Shown here in pieces: positions 9,668-18,888 of a stretch of DNA of 64,000 bases. This DNA is from an uncultured cyanobacterium (GTDB lineage Bacteria > Cyanobacteriota > Cyanobacteriia > Cyanobacteriales > CAWCAG01): assembly GCA_963793425.1 (NCBI GenBank), contig CAWCAG010000005.1:896001-960000 (forward strand). Direction: 5' to 3'. The stretch's first letter is position 1; the number at the start of each line of letters is the position of its first letter. Under the pieces are notes generated by a model. It saw nothing but the letters and a program-made list of their open reading frames with translations, did no database searches and was not told the DNA's origin. The translations under genes were made by a program, and so were the position numbers.

Positions 9668-9786
9668 GTAGGGTGTCGTTAGCCGTAGGCGTAACGCACC
9701 ATCTTAAACTTTATGTGGTGCGTTACGTGCTGAATTAAGTTTTCTGAGTTAGTACCAAGGTTGGTAACAGCACTAACACACCCTAC
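9668..9786. repeat. Nested palindromic REP-like element (GTAG-type)
   Basis: GTAGGGTGTCGTTAG...CTAACACACCCTAC outer stem enclosing CGTAACGCACCA/TGGTGCGTTACG and GTGCTG/CAGCAC stems; first 33 bp identical at 22053-22085. Confidence 0.8.
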
Positions 9787-9908
9787 TGGCGTGACACAGC
9801 TAAAATTACGTGTTAGGGGGGGTGTTTAGTTTAAGGTTAATCTCACAATTTGACTCAAAACCCGCCCCTCCAGTCTTTTTTACTTGGTGTCGGGTATAAG
9901 TACTGATG

Positions 9909-9962
9909 AAAATTCCCGGTTCTGCCTCTTAATTTTTACTTAAGACAGAACCGGGAAAAAAG
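9909..9962 (-). terminator. Rho-independent terminator downstream of ftsH
   Basis: TTCCCGGTTCTG...CAGAACCGGGAA stem followed by a T run on the minus strand. Confidence 0.65.
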
Positions 9963-9984
9963 ACAAATAAACTAAATTAGGAAT

Positions 9985-11829
9985 TTACGCGATCGCAGCC
10001 ATTTTTACTTCATTGTTGGCTAACAATTCTTGTAATTCTTCTGAGTCAACGGTTTCTTTTTCAATGAGCATTTCTGCTAAGCTGTTCAGGATATGACGGT
10101 TGTTCACTAAAACATCTTTGCAACGGTCGTAAGCTTGCTCTACAAGGCAGCGAACTTCATCATCAATGGTTGCCGCTGTTTCATCGGAGAAGTCCCGATC
10201 TGAAGCAATGTCGCGACCCATGAAGACGTTTCCTTGCTGGCGACCTAAAGCCACTGGCCCTAAGCGATCGCTCATGCCGTAGCGGGTAATCATTTGTCTG
10301 GCTACCTTAGCCACCTGTTGCAGGTCATTAGAGGCCCCTGTAGTTACTTCTTCTTCACCAAAGATGATTTCTTCAGCGATGCGACCACCTAAAGCCACCG
10401 ACATTTGGTTTTGTAGGTAAGAACGAGAATATAAACCGGAGTCCATACGTTCTTCGCTAGGGGTGAACCAAGTTAAGCCCCCAGCACGGCCACGAGGAAT
10501 AATACTAATTTTTTGGACAGGATCGTAGTCTGGCATCAAAGCCCCAACTAAAGCGTGACCAGCTTCATGGTAAGCAACTAAAGCTTTACGCTTTTCACTC
10601 ATCACCCGGTCTTTCTTCTCGGGCCCGGCTAATACCCGGTCAATGGCATCATTAACCTCATCCATGGAAATTTCTGTTAAGTCACGACGGGCAGCTAAAA
10701 TGGCTGCTTCGTTGAGGAGGTTAGAGAGATCAGCACCAGTGAAACCAGGAGTACGACGGGCAATTTTATCTAAATCTACATCCTTAGCTAAGGTTTTGCC
10801 CCTAGCATGAACTTGAAGAATTTCTCTCCTACCAGCATAATCAGGACGATCTACAACCACCTGACGGTCAAAGCGTCCAGGACGGAGTAAAGCCGAATCT
10901 AGAACATCAGGACGGTTGGTTGCGGCAATAATAATGATGCCAGTATTGCCTTCAAAACCATCCATTTCGGTGAGGAGTTGGTTTAATGTTTGTTCGCGTT
11001 CATCGTTGCCACCCCCTAAACCAGCACCCCTTTGACGACCGACAGCATCAATTTCATCGATGAAGACGATACAAGGAGCATTAGTTTTGGCTTGTTCAAA
11101 AAGGTCACGGACACGGGAAGCACCCACACCAACAAACATTTCTACAAACTCAGAACCAGAGATAGAGAAAAAGGGAACTCCCGCTTCTCCGGCTACAGCA
11201 CGGGCAAGTAGGGTTTTACCTGTTCCTGGAGGCCCTACTAAAAGTACACCTTTAGGAATTTTCGCACCAATGGCGGTGAAGCGGTCAGCATTTTTCAGGA
11301 AGTCAACTACTTCGTTTAATTCTAACTTCGCTTGCTCAATCCCAGCTACATCACCAAAGGTAACTTGGGTTTGGGGTTCCATTTGTACCCTAGCTTTAGA
11401 CTTACCAAAGTTCATGGCTTGGGAACCAGGGCCACTTTGGGCGCGACGCAAGAGGAAAAATAGGCCGACGAATAATAAAACTGGGAAGAAGAGGCTACTT
11501 AAGGCTCTAAACCAGAAACTATCATCACTGGGAGGACGCACAGCAATTTCGACATTATTTTCTCTGAGGGTATCAATAAGCTGAGGATCATTGATTAAAT
11601 TCACCTCGTATTGCTTGCCTGTGGAATCGGTAGCCCAAGCTTTACTGCGATCAGAGCTAAGTTTGACGGTTTCTACTTGATTGTTTCTTACTCCGGTGAT
11701 TAGTTCGTCATAACGCCAAGTCTCTTGAGCTTCAGGCTGTCGGTCTAAAAGCGCTGTCCCCAAGGCAATGACTACTATTGCTAGTAGTGCATATAGCCCC
11801 GCATTACGCCACTTCTTGTTTTTGTTCAC
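9985..11829 (-). CDS. ftsH: ATP-dependent zinc metalloprotease FtsH (FtsH3 type)
   Basis: Two TM helices, Walker [12 protein letters not shown] region, HEAGH zinc motif; KWRNAGLY N-terminus is typical of cyanobacterial FtsH3. Confidence 0.97.
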   Translation of the reverse strand: MNKNKKWRNAGLYALLAIVVIALGTALLDRQPEAQETWRYDELITGVRNNQVETVKLSSDRSKAWATDSTGKQYEVNLINDPQLIDTLRENNVEIAVRPPSDDSFWFRALSSLFFPVLLFVGLFFLLRRAQSGPGSQAMNFGKSKARVQMEPQTQVTFGDVAGIEQAKLELNEVVDFLKNADRFTAIGAKIPKGVLLVGPPGTGKTLLARAVAGEAGVPFFSISGSEFVEMFVGVGASRVRDLFEQAKTNAPCIVFIDEIDAVGRQRGAGLGGGNDEREQTLNQLLTEMDGFEGNTGIIIIAATNRPDVLDSALLRPGRFDRQVVVDRPDYAGRREILQVHARGKTLAKDVDLDKIARRTPGFTGADLSNLLNEAAILAARRDLTEISMDEVNDAIDRVLAGPEKKDRVMSEKRKALVAYHEAGHALVGALMPDYDPVQKISIIPRGRAGGLTWFTPSEERMDSGLYSRSYLQNQMSVALGGRIAEEIIFGEEEVTTGASNDLQQVAKVARQMITRYGMSDRLGPVALGRQQGNVFMGRDIASDRDFSDETAATIDDEVRCLVEQAYDRCKDVLVNNRHILNSLAEMLIEKETVDSEELQELLANNEVKMAAIA

Positions 11830-12081
11830 GCTTGTAAACTCCTTCTATCAGGTTGAGGATGGGAAAATCTTAATTTCTATATGTTCTTGAACCTGGATGT
11901 TTGCTCCAAGTCGAATAGGAAAGATAGGTAAAGCAAGTATTTTGATTTTAACTAACTTCTTATTAACTTATGTTAACGTCTCTCAGGATTTATTCACAAG
12001 ATGAAAAAGATTGAGTACTCCTAAATCCTAGGACGAAAAAAGGTAAAATTAGCAAGCAACCTCCTTAAATTTCCCTCCCCC

Positions 12082-13773
12082 ATGAAGCTTCGCTCTTTTT
12101 TCATTACTCTAGCAGTAGTATCGGTAATCTTACTCTCTTTAGGAGGGGGTAGCTTTTACTGGCTATTAGCTCAAAGTCCCTTATCTTTGTTGCAAGGAGG
12201 AGTAAGAAGCGAACCGGCCGCAGCCATTTTCCTACCGAAGCAAACTGCTGTTATGATATCGTTGCTAGTTAATCCTGACCGTTTAGAGAGTTTTCGTCAG
12301 TTGGTGGCTGCCCCTGATGAACGGCGAAGGGCGCATCAGGAATTTAATCAACTGAAAAATAGTTTGTTAGCAAATACCGGGCTTGATTATCAAACTGATG
12401 TGCGACCTTGGTTAGGAGATGAAGTTACTCTGGCTGTGACTTCTTTGGATTTTGACCGCAATGGGGAAAATGGCACAAAACCAGGTTATTTATTAGCTGT
12501 CACCACGAAAGATAAACAGCGTGCAACGGATTTCCTTCAGTTATATTTTGCTAAAGCGACAACATCTGGAACCACAGATTTAGTGTTTGAGGATTATAAA
12601 GGAGTTGGGCTTATTTACCAAACTCCTTTAGAGGCTTGCACAGGAGAAGGATGCCCTAAAACTATCGCTAGTGCAGTGGTAGGAGATTTTGTTGTTTTTG
12701 CGAATAATCCTAAAGTTTTGCGGGATGCTATTAATAATGTTCAGGCCACAGACTTGAATTTGCAAAATTCTCGTCCCTATCAGCAAGCTTTGCAAACCAC
12801 TGAAGAAAAAAGGATTGGGGTCGTTTTTGCTGATTTGCCGAAGCTTTCTTCTTGGCTAGCTAGTCAACCAGCCTTAGATACCAACGAAGTTAAGCAACGC
12901 TTAGCCGTAGCTTTAGCTTTGAATCGCCAGGGATTGGTAGCAGAGACAGCTTTGATTGGTGCTAAGGATGTAGATGAGCAAGGAGCAGTCTTATCTGAGC
13001 CTGTAGAAGCTCTTCAATATATACCTGGTTCTTCTGTTTTGACCTTGGCAGGAGAGGATTTAAACCAACTCTGGGAGGATATTTCAGGAGGGTTAGAGAC
13101 GGATAACCCCGCAGTGGCAGGATTGTTAACAAGAGCCGTTGCTAGCCTGCAAGGAAATTGGGGACTGAATTTACCCGAAGATATTTTTAGTTGGGTGCAA
13201 GGAGAGTATGCCTTGGCTTTGATGCCTCAAAATGCAGCAGGGAAGCAAGATTGGGTATTTGTGGCCGAAAAAACTCCTGAGTCGGAAGCCGCTATTGCTA
13301 ACTTAGATGATATTGCCAAAAATCAAGGTTTGAGTGTGGGCAAGCTTCCTTTCGGTAAGCAAGATATAACCGCTTGGACAAAGTTAGTTACAGCAGCCCA
13401 AAAGCAAAAGCAAACATCGTTACGCTTAGAAGCTGAAGTGGGGGGAGTTCGTCTTAGCACAGAAAAATACGATATCTTTGCCACCTCCCTTGATACTTTA
13501 TCCTCCGCTTTAGCTGGGAAAGAAACTTCTTTAGTCAATAGCAAAAAATTTGCTCAAGCGATCGCTAATTTACCCAAAGAAAATAACGGCTATCTTTATA
13601 TTGATTGGCGAGAAAGTGAACCTGCTTTTGCGAAAAATATCCCAGCATTCCGGATTGTTGAATTAGCTGGCCGTCCTTTGTTTGAAAACCTGCGATCGCT
13701 AACTTTAAGTAGCAGTGGTAGCAAAAACGGAGTTAGCAGAGCAACAGCTTTCTTTAAGCTCAATGATCAGTAA
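12082..13773 (+). CDS. DUF3352 domain protein
   Basis: N-terminal membrane anchor, DYQTDVRPWLGDEVTLAV, DIFSWVQGEYALAL, NNGYLYIDW. Confidence 0.8.
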   Translation: MKLRSFFITLAVVSVILLSLGGGSFYWLLAQSPLSLLQGGVRSEPAAAIFLPKQTAVMISLLVNPDRLESFRQLVAAPDERRRAHQEFNQLKNSLLANTGLDYQTDVRPWLGDEVTLAVTSLDFDRNGENGTKPGYLLAVTTKDKQRATDFLQLYFAKATTSGTTDLVFEDYKGVGLIYQTPLEACTGEGCPKTIASAVVGDFVVFANNPKVLRDAINNVQATDLNLQNSRPYQQALQTTEEKRIGVVFADLPKLSSWLASQPALDTNEVKQRLAVALALNRQGLVAETALIGAKDVDEQGAVLSEPVEALQYIPGSSVLTLAGEDLNQLWEDISGGLETDNPAVAGLLTRAVASLQGNWGLNLPEDIFSWVQGEYALALMPQNAAGKQDWVFVAEKTPESEAAIANLDDIAKNQGLSVGKLPFGKQDITAWTKLVTAAQKQKQTSLRLEAEVGGVRLSTEKYDIFATSLDTLSSALAGKETSLVNSKKFAQAIANLPKENNGYLYIDWRESEPAFAKNIPAFRIVELAGRPLFENLRSLTLSSSGSKNGVSRATAFFKLNDQ

Positions 13774-13808
13774 TCAATGATGTCTTCGACAAGGGCAAGC
13801 CCTACAAT

Positions 13809-13837
13809 GATGCCTAATGGCAACGGCAAGCCGTACA
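13809..13837 (+). repeat. Dispersed ~29-bp repeat GATGCCTAA(C/T)GGCAACGGCAAGCCGTACA
   Basis: Copies at 20378-20406 (+), 23937-23965 (-); partial copies near 18662, 23221 and 26277. Confidence 0.8.
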
Positions 13838-13976
13838 GTAATCAATGATGCTTAATGGTGATAGCACAGTTGTAGGGGTGACCCGTTTCCTGAGTTTGGT
13901 CGATCCACTAGGATGTAAGTTGGATCGCCCGTAAATTAACAAATAGCAACTAGCAATTAGCCATTAGCCATTAGCC

Positions 13977-14825
13977 ATGACAATTACTGTTTCACAAATA
14001 TGGATTTATCCTCTTAAATCTTGTCGAGGAATTCCTCTTAACCAAGCTGAAGTTACCCCTAAAGGTTTTAAATGGGACAGAGAGTTTATGTTTGTTGATG
14101 AAAATGGTCAGTTTTTAACTCAAAGAAAGTATCCAGATTTAGCTAGAATTAAAGTAGAAATTGCTGATAATGCCCTTTCTTTAACCGCAGAAGATAGTAA
14201 CTTAGAAACTATACAACTTCAACCCACTTTGGAAGGTAAAGAAATTCCTGTTACGGTTTGGCGTAGTCATGTAACCGCTATTGATCAAGGAAATAAAGTA
14301 GCTGATTGGTTGCAGAAATTTCTACATGAAACTAGGAATTTCCGCTTAGTTAGACAATCCCCTCAATATCCTAGAAGCGTTAATCCTCAATACGCTATTG
14401 CTGAAGATAATACAGTTAGTTTTGCTGATGGTTATCCTTTTTTGTTGACAGCAACGGCTTCTTTGGCAGAGTTGAATAAGAGAATTAAAGAGCATTATCA
14501 AAACGAAAAACAACAAGTGCTAATGCAAAGGTTTCGTCCTAATCTTGTCATCAAAACTGAAGAAGCATTTTGGGAAGAAAAATATCAAAATATGCAAATT
14601 GGTGAAGTTACTTTTGCTTTAGTTAAATCTTGCGATCGCTGCATAATCACTACCACAGATCAAATTACAGGTAAACGCAATGAACAACAAGAACCCTTAA
14701 GGACATTAGGGACTTTTCGTAAATTCCCTAGTCAAGGTATTCTCTTCGGTGAAAACCTCATCCCTCATAATATCGGTACTATTAAAGTAGGGGAAAGGGT
14801 TACTTTTATGAATGCTAGTTGCTAG
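13977..14825 (+). CDS. MOSC domain protein (YcbX/mARC-like)
   Basis: IWIYPLKSCRG, WDREFM, FADGYPFLL, RFRPNLV, CDRCIITT. Confidence 0.92.
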   Translation: MTITVSQIWIYPLKSCRGIPLNQAEVTPKGFKWDREFMFVDENGQFLTQRKYPDLARIKVEIADNALSLTAEDSNLETIQLQPTLEGKEIPVTVWRSHVTAIDQGNKVADWLQKFLHETRNFRLVRQSPQYPRSVNPQYAIAEDNTVSFADGYPFLLTATASLAELNKRIKEHYQNEKQQVLMQRFRPNLVIKTEEAFWEEKYQNMQIGEVTFALVKSCDRCIITTTDQITGKRNEQQEPLRTLGTFRKFPSQGILFGENLIPHNIGTIKVGERVTFMNASC

Positions 14826-14881
14826 TTGCTAGTTGCTAGTTGCTAGTTGCTAGTTGCTAGTTGCTAGTTGCTAATTGCTAG
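14814..14881 (+). repeat. STRR heptamer tandem repeat (GCTAGTT)n
   Basis: 8 perfect copies plus one variant; supplies the MOSC stop codon. Confidence 0.95.
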
Positions 14882-14904
14882 CGATGTCTTTGATGTCTTT
14901 ACTG

Positions 14905-14932
14905 CTCCCTGCTCCCTACTCCCTGCTCCCTT
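14905..14932 (+). repeat. Heptamer tandem repeat (CTCCCTG/A)n
   Basis: 4 near-perfect copies; same family at 30992-31021 (inverted) and 37088-37136. Confidence 0.85.
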
Positions 14933-14974
14933 ACCCTAGCAATACAATCTAAATACCTGACAGCTTAATAATAA

Positions 14975-15610
14975 ATGATAAATGAAATGGTACAACTCCA
15001 ATCCCAACCTATAACTTTTGAAGAATTTATTGCTTGGTATCCAGAACAATCAGAATATCACTACGAACTATATAAAGGAACTATTGTTGAGATGCCAAAA
15101 CCCACAGGTGAACATTCAGAAATCTCTGGATTTCTCAGCTTAGAACTAGGTATTCAATGTCGAAGGAACCAACAATCTTGCTTTGTACCTAAAGAATGTG
15201 TGGTTAAACCCTTCCGAGACTATTCTGGATATGAGCCAGATGTTATTGTACTTGATAGGCAAGCCCTTAATAAAGAGCCTTACTGGTCAACAGGTTCTAT
15301 TATTACAATAGGTACATCAGTGCGCCTTATTGTTGAGGTAGTGAGCAGCAATTGGCGTAATGATTACTATCTTAAAGCGGCAGATTATGAGGAGATGGGT
15401 ATTGCTGAATACTTAATTGTTGATTACCGTGGTTTGGGAGGTAGGCGGTTTATTGGTAACCCGAAACAACCAACAATTTCTCTGTATCAACTTGTAGATG
15501 GAGAATACCAGATTAGTCAATATCGCGGTAATGAAACTATTGAATTCTCAGCATTTCCTGAACTAAATTTGACAGCAGAACAGATATTTAAAGCTGGATT
15601 AAGTACCTAA
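14975..15610 (+). CDS. Uma2 family endonuclease
   Basis: YEL..GTIVEMP, YEPDVIV, LIVEVVSSNW.NDY..K..DYE.MGI.EYLIVD. Confidence 0.92.
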   Translation: MINEMVQLQSQPITFEEFIAWYPEQSEYHYELYKGTIVEMPKPTGEHSEISGFLSLELGIQCRRNQQSCFVPKECVVKPFRDYSGYEPDVIVLDRQALNKEPYWSTGSIITIGTSVRLIVEVVSSNWRNDYYLKAADYEEMGIAEYLIVDYRGLGGRRFIGNPKQPTISLYQLVDGEYQISQYRGNETIEFSAFPELNLTAEQIFKAGLST

Positions 15611-15831
15611 TTAATCTCTGTTTTCTGAAGTTGAGAAATGAAAGTAGATTGAGATAAATAAGGTGTCACTAAAACAATTGTCCCGTGGCGACGACCATCA
15701 ATCAAGGGGTCTTTTTCAAAAATAAATTCGCTATAGTCGGCGAGATCATCAATACCAATTAAATTTAAAAATATTTCAGCGGCTAACCAAATCACTATTT
15801 TTATACACGCCTTTTGCCAATTATGTTTCAT
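15607..15831 (-). CDS. Small hypothetical protein
   Basis: 74-aa ORF with WLAAEIFLNLIGIDDLADYSEFIF segment resembling a recurrent cyanobacterial small protein. Confidence 0.6.
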   Translation of the reverse strand: MKHNWQKACIKIVIWLAAEIFLNLIGIDDLADYSEFIFEKDPLIDGRRHGTIVLVTPYLSQSTFISQLQKTEIN

Positions 15832-16173
15832 CGCTATCTTTGCACCCTCAAGTTATGGTAGAGGTTTTTGCTGAGGAGAAAAAGAATCTCAACTATTTGC
15901 CTTATCTATCTTCTTCCTCTTTACTTTGCTAATCTTGGTTGAGCGGGAATTTTTATCAAGTTTTTTACCTCAAAACAGAATTATCCTGCTAAAAGCTTAC
16001 ATATAAACTCAGTTTGTGAAGTGCCTTTTCCTTAAAGCTCTAAACAAGATTCTATGAAGATTTGATGAAATTCCCATTAATTATCAAATAGATAGTATTG
16101 TCTGAAGCTGACTGTTTGCTATGAACTTTTTACTATCTTTATCCCTCACTTTAAGGCTTATTAAATAATTAAA

Positions 16174-16668
16174 ATGACAATCCGCGATGCTACTAAAGCA
16201 GACTTACCAACCATTGTCGAGATTTACAACGCAACTATTCCTGGTGGCACTGCCACAGCAGATACAAAACCTGTTTCTGTGGTTAGTCGCTTAAGTTGGT
16301 TTCAAGATCATGACCCTATTCATCGTCCTATTTGGGTCAAGGAAAACGAGGAGGGCAAGATTATTGGTTGGTTGAGTTTCCAGTCTTTCTATGGTCGTCC
16401 TGCCTATAGAGGGACAACAGAATTAAGTATCTATGTTGCTTCTGAATATCGTCGCCAAGGTTTAGGTAAACAGCTTTTGCAACGTGCTGTTGACCAAAGT
16501 CAAAAATTAGAGATTCATACTTTGCTGGGCTTTATTTTTGCTCACAATGAAGCAAGTTTACGATTATTTGATCAGTTTAGCTTTCGGGAATGGGGTTATT
16601 TGCCTAGGGTTGCTGAGTTAGATGGAGTTGAACGAGATTTGGTTATTTTGGGTAGGCGTATGAGGTGA
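16174..16668 (+). CDS. GNAT N-acetyltransferase (phosphinothricin acetyltransferase-like)
   Basis: IVEIYN..I, ATADT.PV, FYGRPAY, RRQGLGKQLL acetyl-CoA motif. Confidence 0.9.
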   Translation: MTIRDATKADLPTIVEIYNATIPGGTATADTKPVSVVSRLSWFQDHDPIHRPIWVKENEEGKIIGWLSFQSFYGRPAYRGTTELSIYVASEYRRQGLGKQLLQRAVDQSQKLEIHTLLGFIFAHNEASLRLFDQFSFREWGYLPRVAELDGVERDLVILGRRMR

Positions 16669-16687
16669 AGTTCCAGATTTTTAAAGC

Positions 16688-17305
16688 TTATAGCCCCAGC
16701 CATCCTTTAATTAATTCCTTAAGTCCAAAGACAGCTTGCCAACCAAAAACGAATCCCAAGGTAATTAAACTCAGAGTCATAACAATACCTCCGAAGCAAG
16801 CTAACGAACCTAATAAAAGAAATAAGCCGTCAGTTTCTAAAAAACCCAAAGCAAGTAAAAAGATGCCTAGAGAGGGGAGAGTGTTGGTTAAAGGTATGGG
16901 CAAGCACATACACAAACCACACAGCAAGATTAACAATCCGTATAACCTAGTATGTTTATGGAGTAAAGGGAGGCGTGGTTTGACAAACTTTTCAAAAAAG
17001 TTGATGAATTTGAGGGCGAGTTTGAGAAATTTGCCATCTTGGGCAATATGTATACGTCTTTTACCAATAAAATTAGGCAGCCAAGGCCTTTCTCTAGCAA
17101 TAACCATTTGCCACCCCAAGGCAGCTAGGGCTAAACCAAAGGGTGTTGCATAACCGGGGGCAGGAATGGGCAGGGCTGAAGGCAAGGCTAAGATAGCGAG
17201 TAAAAAACCATAGCCATGTTCCGGAAATTTCTGCAAGATGCCATTGAGGCTTAGTTTCTTTTCTGTGGAAAAGATATCGACAATAGCTTGACTGAGAGTT
17301 GACAT
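16688..17305 (-). CDS. ExoD family exopolysaccharide biosynthesis membrane protein
   Basis: GYGFLLAILALPSALPIPAPGY, PIPLTNTLP, ETDGL. Confidence 0.88.
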   Translation of the reverse strand: MSTLSQAIVDIFSTEKKLSLNGILQKFPEHGYGFLLAILALPSALPIPAPGYATPFGLALAALGWQMVIARERPWLPNFIGKRRIHIAQDGKFLKLALKFINFFEKFVKPRLPLLHKHTRLYGLLILLCGLCMCLPIPLTNTLPSLGIFLLALGFLETDGLFLLLGSLACFGGIVMTLSLITLGFVFGWQAVFGLKELIKGWLGL

Positions 17306-17461
17306 AGTTTTTTACTTGAGATCAGATTAGCCATACAATAGAAATTATTGGCCAAAAGTTTCTTTTATGCCAATGGCAAACTGTCTACCTTTGACTTAAA
17401 TTAGAGTCAATTATCCAGATTTTCCATCACATACGCAAAATTACATCTGTAGCCCCAACTC

Positions 17462-18178
17462 ATGTTACAGTACGATTTGTCCCGCCTTCCTACTGCCGAA
17501 GAATTACCCTCCACTGACTTTAAACCTGTGGATAATGAACTGCAAAGATTTGTCCCCTTCCTACTGCAACAAATTCTCTACTTTATCTGGCCTGAACGGG
17601 ATGATATCTTCTTTGGTATGGATATTGGTTACTACTATGACTCTAGTCAGCCTGCTATTTCTCCTGATGGGTTTTTAAGTATTGGTGTACCGAAAAGGAA
17701 AAGATACACCAGCAATCCAAACCGAGATGGTAGGCTGAGTTATATACTCTGGGAAGAAAATTATGTTGTTCCTGTACTGGTTTTAGAATGTGTTTCTCAA
17801 AATTATGGTGGGGAGTACGATACGAAAAAGGACAAGTATGCTCAGTTAGGAATACTCTACTATGTAATTTATGATAGCGGTCGTTACTATTCAGAAAAAG
17901 GTAGTAAGAGTAAAGGAGAAGCTTTTGAAGTACATCGCTTAGAAAAAGGAAGGTATGTACGACAAGCAGGGGAACCTGTGTGGTTGCCAGAAATAGGCTT
18001 AGGAATAGGTAGAGAAACTAGAGAGTTTAATACTTGGAGGCGGGAATGGTTGTATTGGTACGACAAACAAGGCGATCGTTATCCTTCCCCCGATGAAATA
18101 GCCCAGCAAGAAAAAGCTAGGGCTGAAGTATTAGCTGCTAAGTTAAGAGATTTAGGTATTGATCCAGACCAGCTTTAA
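17462..18178 (+). CDS. Uma2 family endonuclease
   Basis: LPTAEELP.TD.KPVDNELQ, PDGFLS, LECVS, YAQLGILYYVIYD, C-terminal LRDLGIDPDQL. Confidence 0.92.
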   Translation: MLQYDLSRLPTAEELPSTDFKPVDNELQRFVPFLLQQILYFIWPERDDIFFGMDIGYYYDSSQPAISPDGFLSIGVPKRKRYTSNPNRDGRLSYILWEENYVVPVLVLECVSQNYGGEYDTKKDKYAQLGILYYVIYDSGRYYSEKGSKSKGEAFEVHRLEKGRYVRQAGEPVWLPEIGLGIGRETREFNTWRREWLYWYDKQGDRYPSPDEIAQQEKARAEVLAAKLRDLGIDPDQL

Positions 18179-18206
18179 GCTACTATACTTGCAGGTCGCA
18201 ATCCTC

Positions 18207-18446
18207 TTAGTTCATTTTAATTTGTAGAAATTCTTTTTCTGTTGGTAGTGACAAGCTTTCCAACATCTTTTTACGTCGATTTCTCTCTTCTAATAATTGT
18301 TCCTCAGCAGCGAGCGCATCTGTTTCCTCAATTGCTTTTGGATCAATAGAATTATTTGTATTGTTGAGGATAACTACACCAGCAATAGATACCGCGATCG
18401 CTGCAATAGTTGTTAAATAAATTCTCTTTCTCATCAGTTTCCCCAT
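18207..18446 (-). CDS. Small hypothetical membrane-anchored protein
   Basis: 79-aa ORF with N-terminal hydrophobic helix and charged tail. Confidence 0.45.
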   Translation of the reverse strand: MGKLMRKRIYLTTIAAIAVSIAGVVILNNTNNSIDPKAIEETDALAAEEQLLEERNRRKKMLESLSLPTEKEFLQIKMN

Positions 18447-18764
18447 TTTGCTCTTGAATTAGCTTTATCGTCTACCTGTACACCAAGGTTAGATGGAAAC
18501 AGGATTAACTGCGATCGCAACACAAAGATATTAAGCAACAAGAAATAGTATCTTCAGTTATTACTTACGCGATGTGCAACTTTCAGTAACTGACACCAAA
18601 TCGGTTGATGGAGAATCTTTATAAAATTGTGAGAATAAAAATCTCAAATCTGTTCCAGTGTAGCCTAACGGCAACGCTACGCTAACCCTACACCTTAAAA
18701 TCTTAAAAACCATACTAGAGTCCTATTTAGGATGACATCTAGTTCTCATCAAAACCGAACCCCT

Positions 18765-18816
18765 AGTCTATTAAAATAGACTTTACATACTAGCCAGGAA
18801 CTTAAGTTCCTGGCTG
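18765..18816. repeat. Double palindromic intergenic element
   Basis: AGTCTATT-AA-AATAGACT followed by AGCCAGGAACT-TA-AGTTCCTGGCT. Confidence 0.65.
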
Positions 18817-18888
18817 GCGGGCTAGCTGATAAACAAGGTGATTCCTCAATTGCACACCACGTTACTTATTACTTCCCCCTTTCTCCCC

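Noticed and set aside
14814..14881. Tandem repeats here and at 37003-37136 as a possible CRISPR array
   Set aside because: They are 7-bp units with no unique spacers and there are no cas genes; these are STRR-type repeats
16665..17153. 162-aa plus-strand ORF, and similar antisense ORFs such as 8112-8555, 11060-11584, 3239-3619 and 58351-58722
   Set aside because: They lie almost entirely opposite well-supported genes and have no motifs; shadow ORFs
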